64,000 bases of DNA from Leucoraja ocellata (lineage: Eukaryota): contig JAWMAR010000471.1 of NCBI GenBank assembly GCA_036785375.1, positions 1,302,001 through 1,366,000 of the forward strand. Direction: 5' to 3'. The translations under genes were made by a program, and so were the position numbers. The notes beneath the pieces were generated by a model. The model had not been told where the DNA came from, made no database searches, and worked only from the letters and a program-made list of their open reading frames with translations. The first letter of the stretch is position 1. The number at the start of each line of letters is the position of its first letter. Shown one piece after another: positions 63,817 to 64,000 of the stretch.

Positions 63817-64000
63817 CCACCTCGCTGCTGACCGCAACATCGCGTGACGGAACGCTCCACTGCGCAGTGCGTTGAACGGAGAGAAACTTCCCAGAACCTT
63901 TAACTTGAGCGACGGGCAAAGCAACCAGACGCTAACCCGCGCGAGAGGGGGATGCGACCATGGGCGGAGGAGGCAAGGAAGCTTACATCCGGTGGAAGTG

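Overview
Repeat-dense vertebrate DNA, most likely from a cartilaginous fish (skate/ray/shark). This is inferred from abundant CR1 LINEs with (TTTCTATG)n tails, V-SINE-like tRNA SINEs, Penelope fragments and an expanded GPR139-like family. Two gene systems are interleaved. (1) A T-cell receptor alpha/delta-type locus: three + strand V segments with 22/23-bp RSS (12.6, 51.1 and 57.0 kb) and, beyond a 200-N gap, a - strand D-delta-like segment GGTGGGATACG with 12- and 24-bp RSS plus two J-delta-like segments (63.4 and 61.1 kb). No constant exon is visible. (2) A cluster of two-exon GPR139/GPR142-like class A GPCRs: two intact, two frameshifted (possibly read errors), one truncated by a LINE, and two extra first exons. 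Shared flanks suggest V segments and GPCR genes were co-duplicated as a cassette. As assembled, V-to-D joining would be by inversion and would flip the intervening receptor genes. All receptor copies carry Arg/Lys in place of the TM6 toggle Trp. A tRNA-Thr(CGT) gene and a CTCF-like motif lie at the left end. Four N gaps and many homopolymer indels limit certainty about copy number, frameshifts and orientation.
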